Origin: Bacteroidota bacterium
Lineage (GTDB): Bacteria; Bacteroidota; Bacteroidia; Cytophagales; Thermoflexibacteraceae
NCBI GenBank assembly: GCA_004292785.1
Contig: RDXG01000200.1
Coordinates: 1-50,103 of the forward strand
Direction: 5' to 3'
Length of the DNA stretch: 50,103 bases
The position numbers were made by a program, and so were the translations under genes. Positions 16,527-26,508 of this stretch are shown in pieces; the stretch's first letter is position 1; every line of letters begins with the position of its first letter. The notes below the pieces were generated by a model. The model was given only the letters and a program-made list of their open reading frames with translations, was not told where the DNA came from and made no database searches.

Positions 16527-18764
16527 ATGAAAATATTGTTTGTGTTTTTTTGTTCTATTTTCCTTGTTTCAAATATTTTTGCACAAAAAAATACAGAGGA
16601 AACAGATTTTGAAGGAAAAAAAATCTCGGTAGAAAAAAATTTGCAAATGGCAGCCCAAAAAGAAAAAGAAGGCGATTTGAGAGAATCAAGCCGTTTTATT
16701 AATGCGGTTGCCAGCCATTATTGGGATGTAAAAGATTACGAAAAAGCCATTGAATATTATTTGCACTCTAGCAAATTGAACGAAAAAATTGGAAATAATG
16801 CAGGATTAATTGCGATCAATAATAATTTGGGAATGATTTATGCCGACAAAAAAGATTTTGAAAAATCCTTGATTTGTTTTGAAAAAACTTTAATCATCAG
16901 ACGACAAGAAAAGGAAAAGATTAGCATTATTTCTACCTTAATTAATATTTCTGTGGTGCTAAACAACCTCAAACGTTACGATCAATCTTGTAAATATTTG
17001 GAAGAAGCCTTGCAACTTTCTCAACAAATGAATGACGCAGAGCAAATGCGCGCTTGTTATGGAATGTTGTCTGAAACCTACGAAAAGGCAGGAAATAGCG
17101 AAAAGGCAATTTTTTATTTCAATTATTACAAAACTTTTCATGAGCTAATTCAAAAAATTATTGTCAAAGAAGTTCAAGACACTCTAAACGATACAAAAAA
17201 TATTTTGGAATTGGCAGAAATTCAGAAACGAAACCAAGAATTAGAATTGCTACACATTTATTCCGATTTGACAGCCAAAGAAAAAGAGTTGTTCAAATTT
17301 GATTCGGTCAATCATGCACTTTTATATAGTTCCACCAAAAAAGAGTTGTTAATTGAAGTTTTGAAACATAAAATTATGCTCGAAGAACTAGAAATTGCCA
17401 AAAAAGACGCAGAAAACCGTTTGGAACTCGAAAAAGAACGCTTACTTCGAAATTTTATCATCATTATCTTGGCTATTTTGGCTATTTTTACCATTTTTTT
17501 ATACAAAAATTATTTGTATAAAAAACGAATGAATTTTTTATTATCTGAAAAAAATGCAAGCATAGAATCGCAAAAAATGGAGTTAGAATCACAAAACAAT
17601 CAATTAGAAATTGCATTAGAAAAATCAAAATCAGCTGAACAAGCTAAAACGCAGTTTCTTTCTACCATGAGCCACGAAATCAGAACGCCAATGAATGCGG
17701 TGATTGGTTTTACAAATTTATTGATTTTAGAAAATACACAACCTGAAAAACAAGAATATTTGAACACTTTAAAATTTTCTGCCGATCATTTGTTGGCTTT
17801 GATCAACGATATTTTAGATTTTTCGAAAATAGAATCAGGCAAAGTAGAATTTGAAAACAATCCTATAAATTTGAATCAGTTATTAAATGATTTGCAAAAA
17901 ATGTTTCGTTTGCGGGCAGAAGAAAAAAAAATACAGGTAGAATTTCAAAGAAAAAACGACATCAAACACACTTTATTAGGGGATACTTTGCGTTTGAACC
18001 AAATTTTAACCAATTTGTTGGGAAATGCAATCAAATTTACTGAAAAAGGAAAAGTTAGTTTGACTTATGAAATTTTAGAAGAAAGCAAAACACAAATTTT
18101 GTTGCAATTTTCGGTGGAAGATACAGGAATTGGAATTCCTGCCGAAAAAATAAGTAGCATTTTTGATAATTTTACGCAAGCAAGTTCAGAAACAAGCAGA
18201 AAATATGGCGGAACAGGCTTAGGTTTGACCATTTCAAAAAAATTGATCGAAATGCAAAAAGGAAAAATTTGGCTAGAAAGCCAAATCGGCAAAGGTTCTA
18301 TTTTTTATTTTACACTCAATTTTAACAAAGGTGAATGCTTAGAAACCTACCTTTTAAAACATACAAAAACGAATGAAATACCTAATTCTTTGCAAGGAAT
18401 GAGAATTTTGCTTGCTGAAGACAATGCAGTAAATCTGCTTATTGCCAAAAAGTTTTTAAACAAATGGAATGTTGTTTTGGAAACTGCCACCAACGGTTTG
18501 CAAGCAGTCGAGAAAGTTCGATCCAAAAATTATGACCTAATTTTGATGGATTTGCAAATGCCAGAAATGGACGGCATCGAGGCAACCCAAACAATTCGTA
18601 AAATGTCTGACCTTTATTTTAAAACCATTCCCATCATTGCGCTCACAGCAAGCGCATCCACAGATGTAAAAGAACGGGTTTTGAGGCTAGGAATGAATGA
18701 TTATGTAACCAAACCTTTTAATCCAGAGTATTTTTTTAAATTGCTTTCGCGTTATTGCAAATAA
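16527..18764 (+). CDS. hybrid sensor histidine kinase / response regulator with N-terminal TPR repeats
   Basis: Signal/anchor, TPR-like repeats, TM segment and coiled coil. HisKA H-box SHEIRTPMN, HATPase blocks (NLLGNAIKFT, DTGIGI, GGTGLGL), and a C-terminal receiver (DLILMDLQMPEMDG). Confidence 0.9.
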   Translation: MKILFVFFCSIFLVSNIFAQKNTEETDFEGKKISVEKNLQMAAQKEKEGDLRESSRFINAVASHYWDVKDYEKAIEYYLHSSKLNEKIGNNAGLIAINNNLGMIYADKKDFEKSLICFEKTLIIRRQEKEKISIISTLINISVVLNNLKRYDQSCKYLEEALQLSQQMNDAEQMRACYGMLSETYEKAGNSEKAIFYFNYYKTFHELIQKIIVKEVQDTLNDTKNILELAEIQKRNQELELLHIYSDLTAKEKELFKFDSVNHALLYSSTKKELLIEVLKHKIMLEELEIAKKDAENRLELEKERLLRNFIIIILAILAIFTIFLYKNYLYKKRMNFLLSEKNASIESQKMELESQNNQLEIALEKSKSAEQAKTQFLSTMSHEIRTPMNAVIGFTNLLILENTQPEKQEYLNTLKFSADHLLALINDILDFSKIESGKVEFENNPINLNQLLNDLQKMFRLRAEEKKIQVEFQRKNDIKHTLLGDTLRLNQILTNLLGNAIKFTEKGKVSLTYEILEESKTQILLQFSVEDTGIGIPAEKISSIFDNFTQASSETSRKYGGTGLGLTISKKLIEMQKGKIWLESQIGKGSIFYFTLNFNKGECLETYLLKHTKTNEIPNSLQGMRILLAEDNAVNLLIAKKFLNKWNVVLETATNGLQAVEKVRSKNYDLILMDLQMPEMDGIEATQTIRKMSDLYFKTIPIIALTASASTDVKERVLRLGMNDYVTKPFNPEYFFKLLSRYCK

Positions 18765-18835
18765 AAAAAGCTCAAAAATCATTTTATTAATTAATTTTTC
18801 GTTTAAAAAAGCATATTTTTAAAACACCATAAAAA

Positions 18836-19648
18836 ATGAATCCAAATATGATAAAAAGTATTATTTTGGGAGTTGTGGCTTTAATTGCCGTTTCTATCTT
18901 TTTTGCTAGCACTTTTATTACCATCGACTCTGGGCAGGCAGGCGTAATGTACAAAAAGTTTTCGGGCGGAACGGTTACCAACGAGAGTTTTCAGGAGGGT
19001 TTTCATGTGATTGCCCCTTGGAATAGTATGTTTATTTACGACATCAGGACGCAGCAGGTGGATTTGGACATGGAAGCACTTTCTAAAAATGGGTTGACCA
19101 TAAACTTGGGAGTTTCGGTGCGTTATGCCCCCATAGCATCTGAAATAGGCTTTTTGCACCAACAAATTGGAATGAGTTATTTGGAAACGATCATTATTCC
19201 TGAAATTCGATCTTCAACCAGAAAAATTATTGGGCAATACGATCCTGAAGAATTGTATTCGACCAAAAGAGAATCGATTCAGACAGAAATTTTTAGCGAA
19301 ACAAAAAAAATTATCGAGAAAAAACATTTGTTACTCGATGCCATTTTGATTCGCCATGTCATTTTGCCTGCAACCATCAAAACCGCGATTGAAAACAAAT
19401 TGAAACAAGAACAGGAGTCGAAAGAATACGAATTTAGACTCGAAAAAGAGAAAAAAGAAGCGGACAGAAAACGCATCGAAGCACAAGGAATCAAGGATTT
19501 TCAGGACATTGTTTCCAAAGGTTTGAACGATCAACTGTTGCGTTGGAAAGGCATTGAGGCAACCTTAGAACTTTCTAAATCTGCGAATGCAAAAGTGGTG
19601 GTCGTTGGCGGAAAAGACGGTTTGCCTTTGATTTTGGGCGATAAATAG
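18836..19648 (+). CDS. SPFH/band-7 (prohibitin-like) membrane protein
   Basis: N-terminal TM, an SPFH core, and a coiled-coil tail rich in E/K. Confidence 0.8.
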   Translation: MNPNMIKSIILGVVALIAVSIFFASTFITIDSGQAGVMYKKFSGGTVTNESFQEGFHVIAPWNSMFIYDIRTQQVDLDMEALSKNGLTINLGVSVRYAPIASEIGFLHQQIGMSYLETIIIPEIRSSTRKIIGQYDPEELYSTKRESIQTEIFSETKKIIEKKHLLLDAILIRHVILPATIKTAIENKLKQEQESKEYEFRLEKEKKEADRKRIEAQGIKDFQDIVSKGLNDQLLRWKGIEATLELSKSANAKVVVVGGKDGLPLILGDK

Positions 19649-19654
19649 TTTCAT

Positions 19655-19689
19655 AAAAAAGGCAGTATTTTTAAATATTGCCTTTTTTT
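19655..19689. terminator. bidirectional intrinsic terminator
   Basis: AAAAAAGGCAGTAT / ATATTGCCTTTTTT stem (one G-U) between the convergent SPFH and deacetylase genes. Confidence 0.75.
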
Positions 19690-19716
19690 AATTTCCTTTG
19701 AGATTACAATTTTTTT

Positions 19717-20355
19717 CTACAAACTTTCAAAACGGTAGCCCAAATCTGCAAAATGTTTCAAATATTTTGGCAACACATAACGCAAATTTTGTTCGGCTTT
19801 TAGGCTATCATGAAAAACGACCACCGAGCCGTTGGTGCTGTGTTGAATGGTTTTTTGCAAGCAAGTTTTTTTGTCCAAAGAAGGATCAAAATCACCGCTT
19901 AGTACGTGCCACATCACAATATTGTAATCTTTTTTGAGATCGCACATCAAACTCAATTTTATTTTTCCGTAAGGAGGACGAAACAATTTTTTTTCGGTTT
20001 TTGCTTTTGTTTTTGCCTGTGAATCAATGATTTGCTGGCATTTTTGTATATTTTTGAGATATTTTTCTTTTTTGGTTTTCCAACCGTTATAATGATTAAA
20101 AGTATGATTACCAATGGAATGTCCTTGCAAAATTAGCTTTTCAAAAATATCAGGATATTTCCCGATATTGTCGCCCACACAAAAAAAAGTGGCTTTTGCC
20201 TCATATTTTTTGAGTTCGTCTAAAACAAATTCCGTAACTTCTGGAATAGGTCCGTCATCAAAAGTCAAATAAATTATTTTTTCGGTAACTTCTTTTTTCC
20301 AAATAAACATTGGAAATAATTTGCGAAAAATCCAACTTGTATAATGAAAATACAT
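19717..20355 (-). CDS. polysaccharide deacetylase (CE4) family protein
   Basis: LTFDDGP motif and HSIGNHTFNH metal-binding motif. ATG at 20355 is preferred over the TTG at 20385. Confidence 0.85.
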   Translation of the reverse strand: MYFHYTSWIFRKLFPMFIWKKEVTEKIIYLTFDDGPIPEVTEFVLDELKKYEAKATFFCVGDNIGKYPDIFEKLILQGHSIGNHTFNHYNGWKTKKEKYLKNIQKCQQIIDSQAKTKAKTEKKLFRPPYGKIKLSLMCDLKKDYNIVMWHVLSGDFDPSLDKKTCLQKTIQHSTNGSVVVFHDSLKAEQNLRYVLPKYLKHFADLGYRFESL

Positions 20356-20487
20356 GAATGAAAATTGTTTGAGTAAATGCAACAAAAAAGCGTTTTTTTA
20401 CGCTTTACAAATAAGAACTTTTAAAGTTCTGCACAAATTCAAAACGACAAATGCTAATTTTTAGTTTTATTTATCAATTTAAAAATC

Positions 20488-23100
20488 ATGAAAAAAATAT
20501 TATTCATTTATACTTTGTTTATTTTGGGTATTTTTTTAAACTCAAAAATAGCTTTTTCCCAAAATAACATTGTTTTTCAGGACAATTTTGAAGACAATAA
20601 GAACGAATGGGGCATGAAAAACGACCCAAATTTTTATTCTTCAATTTATAATGGAAGCTATTTGATCAAATGTAGAAAAAAAGGCATGGCTTGGTGGGAA
20701 TATAAAGCTATAAATTTTAATCCCACACAAGATTTTTTGCTAGAAAGCAATATGCGACAATTTGAAGGAAACATTACCAACGGCTACGGCTTTGCGTTTG
20801 GCGTGAAGGATAATAAAAATTTTTACACTTTTGTTGTCAATGGACAAGGTGCTTTTAAAGTTGCAAAATGGGAAAATGGAATCATGCAAAACCTAAAAGA
20901 TTGGACTTCCGCCAATGCCTACATTTTGCCTTTGGGAAAAAACAACAAACTTGGAATCAGAAAACAAGACAAAAAAATGTACTTTTATGTAAACGATAAC
21001 CTTGTTTATGCGGGTGCTATTGGCGATTTGTTTGGAAATAACATGGGTTTTATTGTTTATGACGACATGGGAATTGCCGTAAATGATATATTGCTAAAAA
21101 ACAACGAAAACAGCAATGCGCAAACTTTGGTCATGCTCGAAACCTTTGCAGACAACGCCAACAACTGGAAAATTGTGGACAACGAAATAAGTTATACCAT
21201 GATGGACAACGGTTTTTATGTCATTCAACGCAAAAAAGAAACAGGAAGTAGTTTTTATACTTCCGAAGCATTTTTCGACAAAAATTCCGATTATGAAATA
21301 GAAAGTTCTTTGCGCCAACTCAACGGAATTACCAATCACGGTTTTGGGCTGGTTTGGGGAATGTCTGACACAAACAATTTTAACGCTTTTATTGTAAACA
21401 GTAACGGAGCTTATTCGATTTATTATTACAAAGAAGGGCAAATTTATGAAGTCAAAAGTTGGACAAATGAAATTGACAAAATTTTTCCTTTGGGCAAATT
21501 AAACAAACTCAAAATCAAAAGAATAGGCTCGAATGTGGCTTTTTTTGTAAACGACAAATTGGTTTATACTTCGCCTATGCCCGATTTTTTGGGTACAAAA
21601 GTGGGTTTTGTGGTGCATCGAAACATGGTCATTTCTGCGGATAATTTTGCGATTCGTCAAAGTAAAGCTAGCCTTCCGCCATCTTTGACATGGTTAGAAC
21701 CTAGTGCCAACAATAGCACCCAAGCCAATAGTGCTTATACGGTCAGAGTGGGCGTAAAGTCCGTTTCTAGCATTGTTTCCGCCAATTTATACATCAATGA
21801 TCGCGCAATTAATTTTGAACGAGCCGATCCAAACGCAAACACCAACGATCCAACTACAGCCAATAATTTTGATTTGGTAATCAATAAAAATATTTTGCTA
21901 AAAGAAGGTGCAAACACGATCAAAGTAATTGTAGGCAACCAAAACGGAGAAATGACCACCGACAGCAGAACCATTTATTTGAAATCGGTGAATAAAACAC
22001 CGCCAATGATTGTCTGGACAACCCCAAACACCACCAACAGTTCGACAAGTGGAAGCACTTTAAAAATTCATGCGGGAGTAACTTCGGTAGCCAAAATTAC
22101 AAAAATAACCGTTTCTGTAAACGATAAAGTATTGACTAACAGAGGTTTTGATGTGGTGGAAGAGGAAGAAAATTCAGGGCTTACGTCAATGGTTGATCGT
22201 GAAATTCCGTTGGTCATTGGGCAAAATAAAATTACGATTGCTGTAGAAAACGAAAACGGAGCAACGGCTTTTTCGAGCAGAAATGTAACAAGAAATGCAG
22301 AAGAAATGGCTTTTCAAGAAGACCCAAAAGAAGAAGAAACGCATCCAAACGCCAATACTTTGAGCAAATCGGATAGAACAGATTATGCCTTATTTTTTGC
22401 CACAGACGACTACGATCAATGGTCGGATTTGATAAATCCTGTGAATGATGCCAACACGATTGCCAAAGAATTAACAGAATCTTATGGTTTTAAAGTGGAG
22501 GTAGTCAGAAATGCAAACCGAAATTTGGTCATGTCCAAACTCAAAGAATATGCCACCAAAACCTATAAACCCGAAGATCAACTCATGATTTTTTTTGCAG
22601 GTCATGGCAAATTTGATGAGGCTTTTGGCGAGGGTTATGTAGTTTGCAAAGATTCAGAAAAAAATGACGAGGGGAATGCGTCTTATTTGGCACATTCAGT
22701 CTTGCGAACCATTGCCAATAATATTCCTTCGCAACACACTCTTTTAATGATGGACGTTTGTTTTGGCGGAACTTTTGATCCGATTATTGCAAAATCTGAC
22801 AACAGAGGCAACGAAGATGCAGAAACCACACAAACCGAATTTGTCAAAAGAAAAATGCGTTTCAAAACCCGAAAATATTTGACTTCTGGCGGAAAAGAAT
22901 ATGTACCAGACGGAAGACCAAATCAACATTCGCCTTTTGCACGCAAATTTTTGGAGGCTTTAAGAAATTATGGCGGAACAGACAAAATTTTGACTTTGGG
23001 TGAAATTTTGCAATCTTTGGAAAGAATACAACCCGAACCGCGTTTTGGCGAATTTGGAAACAACGAACCTGGTAGCGATTTTATTTTTATTGCAAGATAA
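20488..23100 (+). CDS. secreted multidomain caspase (peptidase C14) family protein
   Basis: Signal peptide, two ~190-aa internal repeats (jelly-roll/LamG-like impression), and two Ig-like segments. C-terminal caspase fold with His (FFAGHGK) and Cys (MMDVCFGG) dyad motifs. Confidence 0.85.
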   Translation: MKKILFIYTLFILGIFLNSKIAFSQNNIVFQDNFEDNKNEWGMKNDPNFYSSIYNGSYLIKCRKKGMAWWEYKAINFNPTQDFLLESNMRQFEGNITNGYGFAFGVKDNKNFYTFVVNGQGAFKVAKWENGIMQNLKDWTSANAYILPLGKNNKLGIRKQDKKMYFYVNDNLVYAGAIGDLFGNNMGFIVYDDMGIAVNDILLKNNENSNAQTLVMLETFADNANNWKIVDNEISYTMMDNGFYVIQRKKETGSSFYTSEAFFDKNSDYEIESSLRQLNGITNHGFGLVWGMSDTNNFNAFIVNSNGAYSIYYYKEGQIYEVKSWTNEIDKIFPLGKLNKLKIKRIGSNVAFFVNDKLVYTSPMPDFLGTKVGFVVHRNMVISADNFAIRQSKASLPPSLTWLEPSANNSTQANSAYTVRVGVKSVSSIVSANLYINDRAINFERADPNANTNDPTTANNFDLVINKNILLKEGANTIKVIVGNQNGEMTTDSRTIYLKSVNKTPPMIVWTTPNTTNSSTSGSTLKIHAGVTSVAKITKITVSVNDKVLTNRGFDVVEEEENSGLTSMVDREIPLVIGQNKITIAVENENGATAFSSRNVTRNAEEMAFQEDPKEEETHPNANTLSKSDRTDYALFFATDDYDQWSDLINPVNDANTIAKELTESYGFKVEVVRNANRNLVMSKLKEYATKTYKPEDQLMIFFAGHGKFDEAFGEGYVVCKDSEKNDEGNASYLAHSVLRTIANNIPSQHTLLMMDVCFGGTFDPIIAKSDNRGNEDAETTQTEFVKRKMRFKTRKYLTSGGKEYVPDGRPNQHSPFARKFLEALRNYGGTDKILTLGEILQSLERIQPEPRFGEFGNNEPGSDFIFIAR

Positions 23101-23130
23101 TTTCGTAAATTGCATTTATAAAATATTGCC

Positions 23131-23170
23131 AAACCTATAAGTTTTTAAAAACTTATGGGTTTTAATTTTC
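23131..23170 (+). terminator. intrinsic terminator after the caspase-domain gene
   Basis: 12-bp stem AAACCTATAAGT / ACTTATGGGTTT (one G-U) followed by a T-rich tail. Confidence 0.65.
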
Positions 23171-23197
23171 AAAATAGTTTTTTTGTAAAAGCCCAAT

Positions 23198-26100
23198 ATG
23201 AAAAAATATCTTTTTTTAATAATCATAGCTACTGTTTTTTTGTGCAAAAATCTTTTGGCACAACAATACGACATCAAATCTTTTTCTTTAGAGGAAGGTT
23301 TACGACAATCCGAAGTTTTTAATTTGATACAAGACAGCAAAAAAAATATTTGGCTGGGTACAAATGGCGGTTTAAGCAGGTTTAATGGTAAAAAATTTGA
23401 AACACTTACTAAAAAAGATGGCTTGATAGACGATCACGTACTCAATGTAAGAGAGGATAAATTCGGCAATTTGTGGATCATTACTTTTGCAGGAATTATA
23501 AAATATGACGGCAAAAATTTTGTTAGTTTTCCTAGCGATTCTTTAATTCCAAAAATGCGAGCCTCTTTTTTTTGGGAAAATCCTAAAAGAAAAGGCGAGT
23601 TTTTGTTATGGGCTTGGCAAGATCAAAATAATCAGAAACTAATTTATTTTGACGGTAAAAACATGATTAATTTTGGCAAAAAACATGAAAATATTTTGGG
23701 CAAATTTATAAATCTTCGCTTTCGATCCTCAAAAGAAAAAGCATTTTTTATTGACGCTAATGGCATTTTGATAGATTTTGATGGCGAAAAATTACAAAAA
23801 AGCACTTATTACGATTATCCAATTTTCAAAGATGCACTCACCATCAGACCATTTTTTGAAGACAATGAAGGTTTTGTTTGGATCGCAAATCAAACAGATT
23901 CTCTAAGGATTTACCGTTGTAAAGATAAACAAGCAGAACGTTTTTATTTTCCCACAGAAATTACAAATCTAAATTTTTTCATTGCGCAAGATAGCAAAAA
24001 AAACATTTGGGTTTTAGCCAACGGAACGCTTTTTAGATACAACGGCAAAAAATTTGACCTGCGAATTGGCTCTGAAAACGGAATGCCAAACACACAATAC
24101 AACAGCATGATCATTGACCATGAAGACCGCATTTGGATGTCCACGCTTGGCATGGGCGTTCTACGTTACGATGGAAATTTGTTTACAGGTTTTACTAATA
24201 AAGATGGCTTATTTTCAGACATTGTTCGCTGTTTTTATAGAGATAGCCAAAATAATTTTTGGATTTCTTCGCTTAATGCTTTGAACAAATATGATGGAAA
24301 AAAAATGGTCAGTTATCCTGTTTTGGGACAAGTAAATACCAGAATTTTAAAAATTGAAGAATTAGAAAAAAATAAATATTTGCTTGCTACTGACGTTGGT
24401 TTATTATTTTTTGATGGCAAAAATTTTACTCCCGCCAATCAAGCCTACGGTTTGCCTGCAAACGTTGCAATTAGGTATTTTTTAAAGGAAAAAGATGGAA
24501 TTTGGTTTGCTACGATCAATTTGGGAATTGCTTTTTTTGACGGAAAAACAACTAAATTTTACAACCAAGAAAATGATGGAATTTCTAGCAATTTTACTCG
24601 ATATTTGTTCAGAGATCAACAAAAAAACCTTTGGATTTGTACAAATTTGGGCATAGACAAATTTGATGGCATCAAAATGACTAATTACACCACAGAAAAT
24701 GGTTTGTCTTTCGATCTGGTTTTACACGGAGCTACAGACCGTTTTGGCAGAGTTTGGGCAGGTACTTTTGGAGGTGGTTTGGATTATTTTGCGAATGGAA
24801 AAATGTTGCATCTCAATACTTCAAACAGCAATTTGAGTTCAGATTTGATCTACTCTTTGATCAACGATTGGCAAGGAAATTTATGGATCGGAACACAAGC
24901 TGGCGTAGATAAAATTAGTTTTGATAAAGAAGGAAATATAAAAAAAATACGAAATTATGGAAAAGAAGAAGGTTTTTTGGGGGTTGAAAATAACGGACAC
25001 GCAGTTTTGCTAGACAAAGACAGCAGTATTTGGTTTGGAACTATCAAAGGAGCATACCATTATAACCCCAAAGCCGAAATGCCAAACCTAAATCCACCCA
25101 TTACCAGAATTACACAATTAGACCTATTTTTACGCAAAATTGATTGGAAATCAGAACGTTATGCTTTTTGTTGTCAAAGCATTGATGCATGGGACAATTT
25201 GCCCAAAGATTTAATTTTGCCCTACGATTCTAACTCTTTATCCTTTCATTTTGAGGCAGTTAGCTATCAATCGCCAAAAAAAATTCGTTTTCAATGGAAA
25301 CTCGAAGGCATTGACAAAACTTGGTCGCCAGAGTCTAACAAAACAGAGGCAAATTACCCAAATTTGCCCGCAGGAAAATATACTTTTTTAGTCAAATCTT
25401 GCAACAGTGAAGGCATTTGGAACGAAGAACCTGCCAAATTTAGTTTTACCATTACGCCGCCTTGGTGGGCAACTTTTTGGGCAAAAAGTCTATTTTTGAG
25501 TGCCTTTTTGGGAATTACTTTTACAGGAATAAGGCTAAGAATCAATGCCATAAAAGATCAAAAAAAGGAATTGGAACGTTTGGTTATTGAAAAAACGGCA
25601 GAAGTGGTCAAACAAAAAGATGAAATTTTGGAAAAAAACGTAGAAATGAGTCTGCAAAGGGAAGAAATTATGTCCCAAAACGAGTTTATTAACAACCAAA
25701 ACCGCGATTTGAACCGAAAAAATAAAGATATTACATCGAGCATCAATTACGCCAAACGTATTCAGGAAGCCATGCTGCCCGACAGAGAAGGTATTTTGCA
25801 GGCATTTCCAAATTCTTTTGTATTTTTTCAGCCTAGAGATATTGTTTCAGGTGATTTTTATTGGTTTACGAGCATTTTTGAAAACGGAATCAGGATAAAA
25901 AACGTCATTGTTGCCGCAGATTGCACAGGTCATGGCGTGCCTGGGGCGTTTATGTCGATGGCAGGAACGGCATATTTGAACCAAATTGTCAATTTTCAAG
26001 GCATTACTGAACCTAACAAAATTTTGACAGAATTAAGCAAAAATATCAGAAAAGCCTTGCGTCAAGAACTAAGTGAAAACAAAGACGGCATGGATATTTC

Positions 26101-26497
26101 TGTTTGTACAGTAGATATTTTACAAAATAAATTGCAATATTCTGGTGCAAAAAATCCGCTTGTTTACATCAAAAACAAAGAAATGTTTGTGGTCAAGGCA
26201 GATCGTTTTTCGGTAGGCGGCAAACACGCAAAAGCACATCAGGAGTTTAGTTTGCACGAAATTCCTCTGGAAAAAGAACAAAAGACTTGTTTTTACATTT
26301 TTACAGATGGCTACGAAGATCAATTTGGAGGCTTAAAACCGACCAAATTTATGAGCAAAAACTTGAGAAAATTGTTCTTAGAAATTCACGAAAAACCTTG
26401 TTTTGAACAAGAAAAAATCCTTAGTCGAACCTTAGAAGATTGGACAATGGGACACAGACAAATCGACGATATTTTGGTGATTGGTTTTGAGATATAG
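23198..26497 (+). CDS. two-component-regulator propeller (Y_Y_Y) sensor fused to PP2C/SpoIIE phosphatase
   Basis: Signal peptide and about 700 aa of repeated propeller blades (GL..F.....W..T..G). Y_Y_Y-like segment, TM (FWAKSLFLSAFLGITFTGI), coiled coil, and SpoIIE motifs (SGDFYWF, DCTGHGVPGAFMS, TDGYEDQ). Confidence 0.88.
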   Translation: MKKYLFLIIIATVFLCKNLLAQQYDIKSFSLEEGLRQSEVFNLIQDSKKNIWLGTNGGLSRFNGKKFETLTKKDGLIDDHVLNVREDKFGNLWIITFAGIIKYDGKNFVSFPSDSLIPKMRASFFWENPKRKGEFLLWAWQDQNNQKLIYFDGKNMINFGKKHENILGKFINLRFRSSKEKAFFIDANGILIDFDGEKLQKSTYYDYPIFKDALTIRPFFEDNEGFVWIANQTDSLRIYRCKDKQAERFYFPTEITNLNFFIAQDSKKNIWVLANGTLFRYNGKKFDLRIGSENGMPNTQYNSMIIDHEDRIWMSTLGMGVLRYDGNLFTGFTNKDGLFSDIVRCFYRDSQNNFWISSLNALNKYDGKKMVSYPVLGQVNTRILKIEELEKNKYLLATDVGLLFFDGKNFTPANQAYGLPANVAIRYFLKEKDGIWFATINLGIAFFDGKTTKFYNQENDGISSNFTRYLFRDQQKNLWICTNLGIDKFDGIKMTNYTTENGLSFDLVLHGATDRFGRVWAGTFGGGLDYFANGKMLHLNTSNSNLSSDLIYSLINDWQGNLWIGTQAGVDKISFDKEGNIKKIRNYGKEEGFLGVENNGHAVLLDKDSSIWFGTIKGAYHYNPKAEMPNLNPPITRITQLDLFLRKIDWKSERYAFCCQSIDAWDNLPKDLILPYDSNSLSFHFEAVSYQSPKKIRFQWKLEGIDKTWSPESNKTEANYPNLPAGKYTFLVKSCNSEGIWNEEPAKFSFTITPPWWATFWAKSLFLSAFLGITFTGIRLRINAIKDQKKELERLVIEKTAEVVKQKDEILEKNVEMSLQREEIMSQNEFINNQNRDLNRKNKDITSSINYAKRIQEAMLPDREGILQAFPNSFVFFQPRDIVSGDFYWFTSIFENGIRIKNVIVAADCTGHGVPGAFMSMAGTAYLNQIVNFQGITEPNKILTELSKNIRKALRQELSENKDGMDISVCTVDILQNKLQYSGAKNPLVYIKNKEMFVVKADRFSVGGKHAKAHQEFSLHEIPLEKEQKTCFYIFTDGYEDQFGGLKPTKFMSKNLRKLFLEIHEKPCFEQEKILSRTLEDWTMGHRQIDDILVIGFEI

Positions 26498-26508
26498 AAT
26501 TATAGGTT

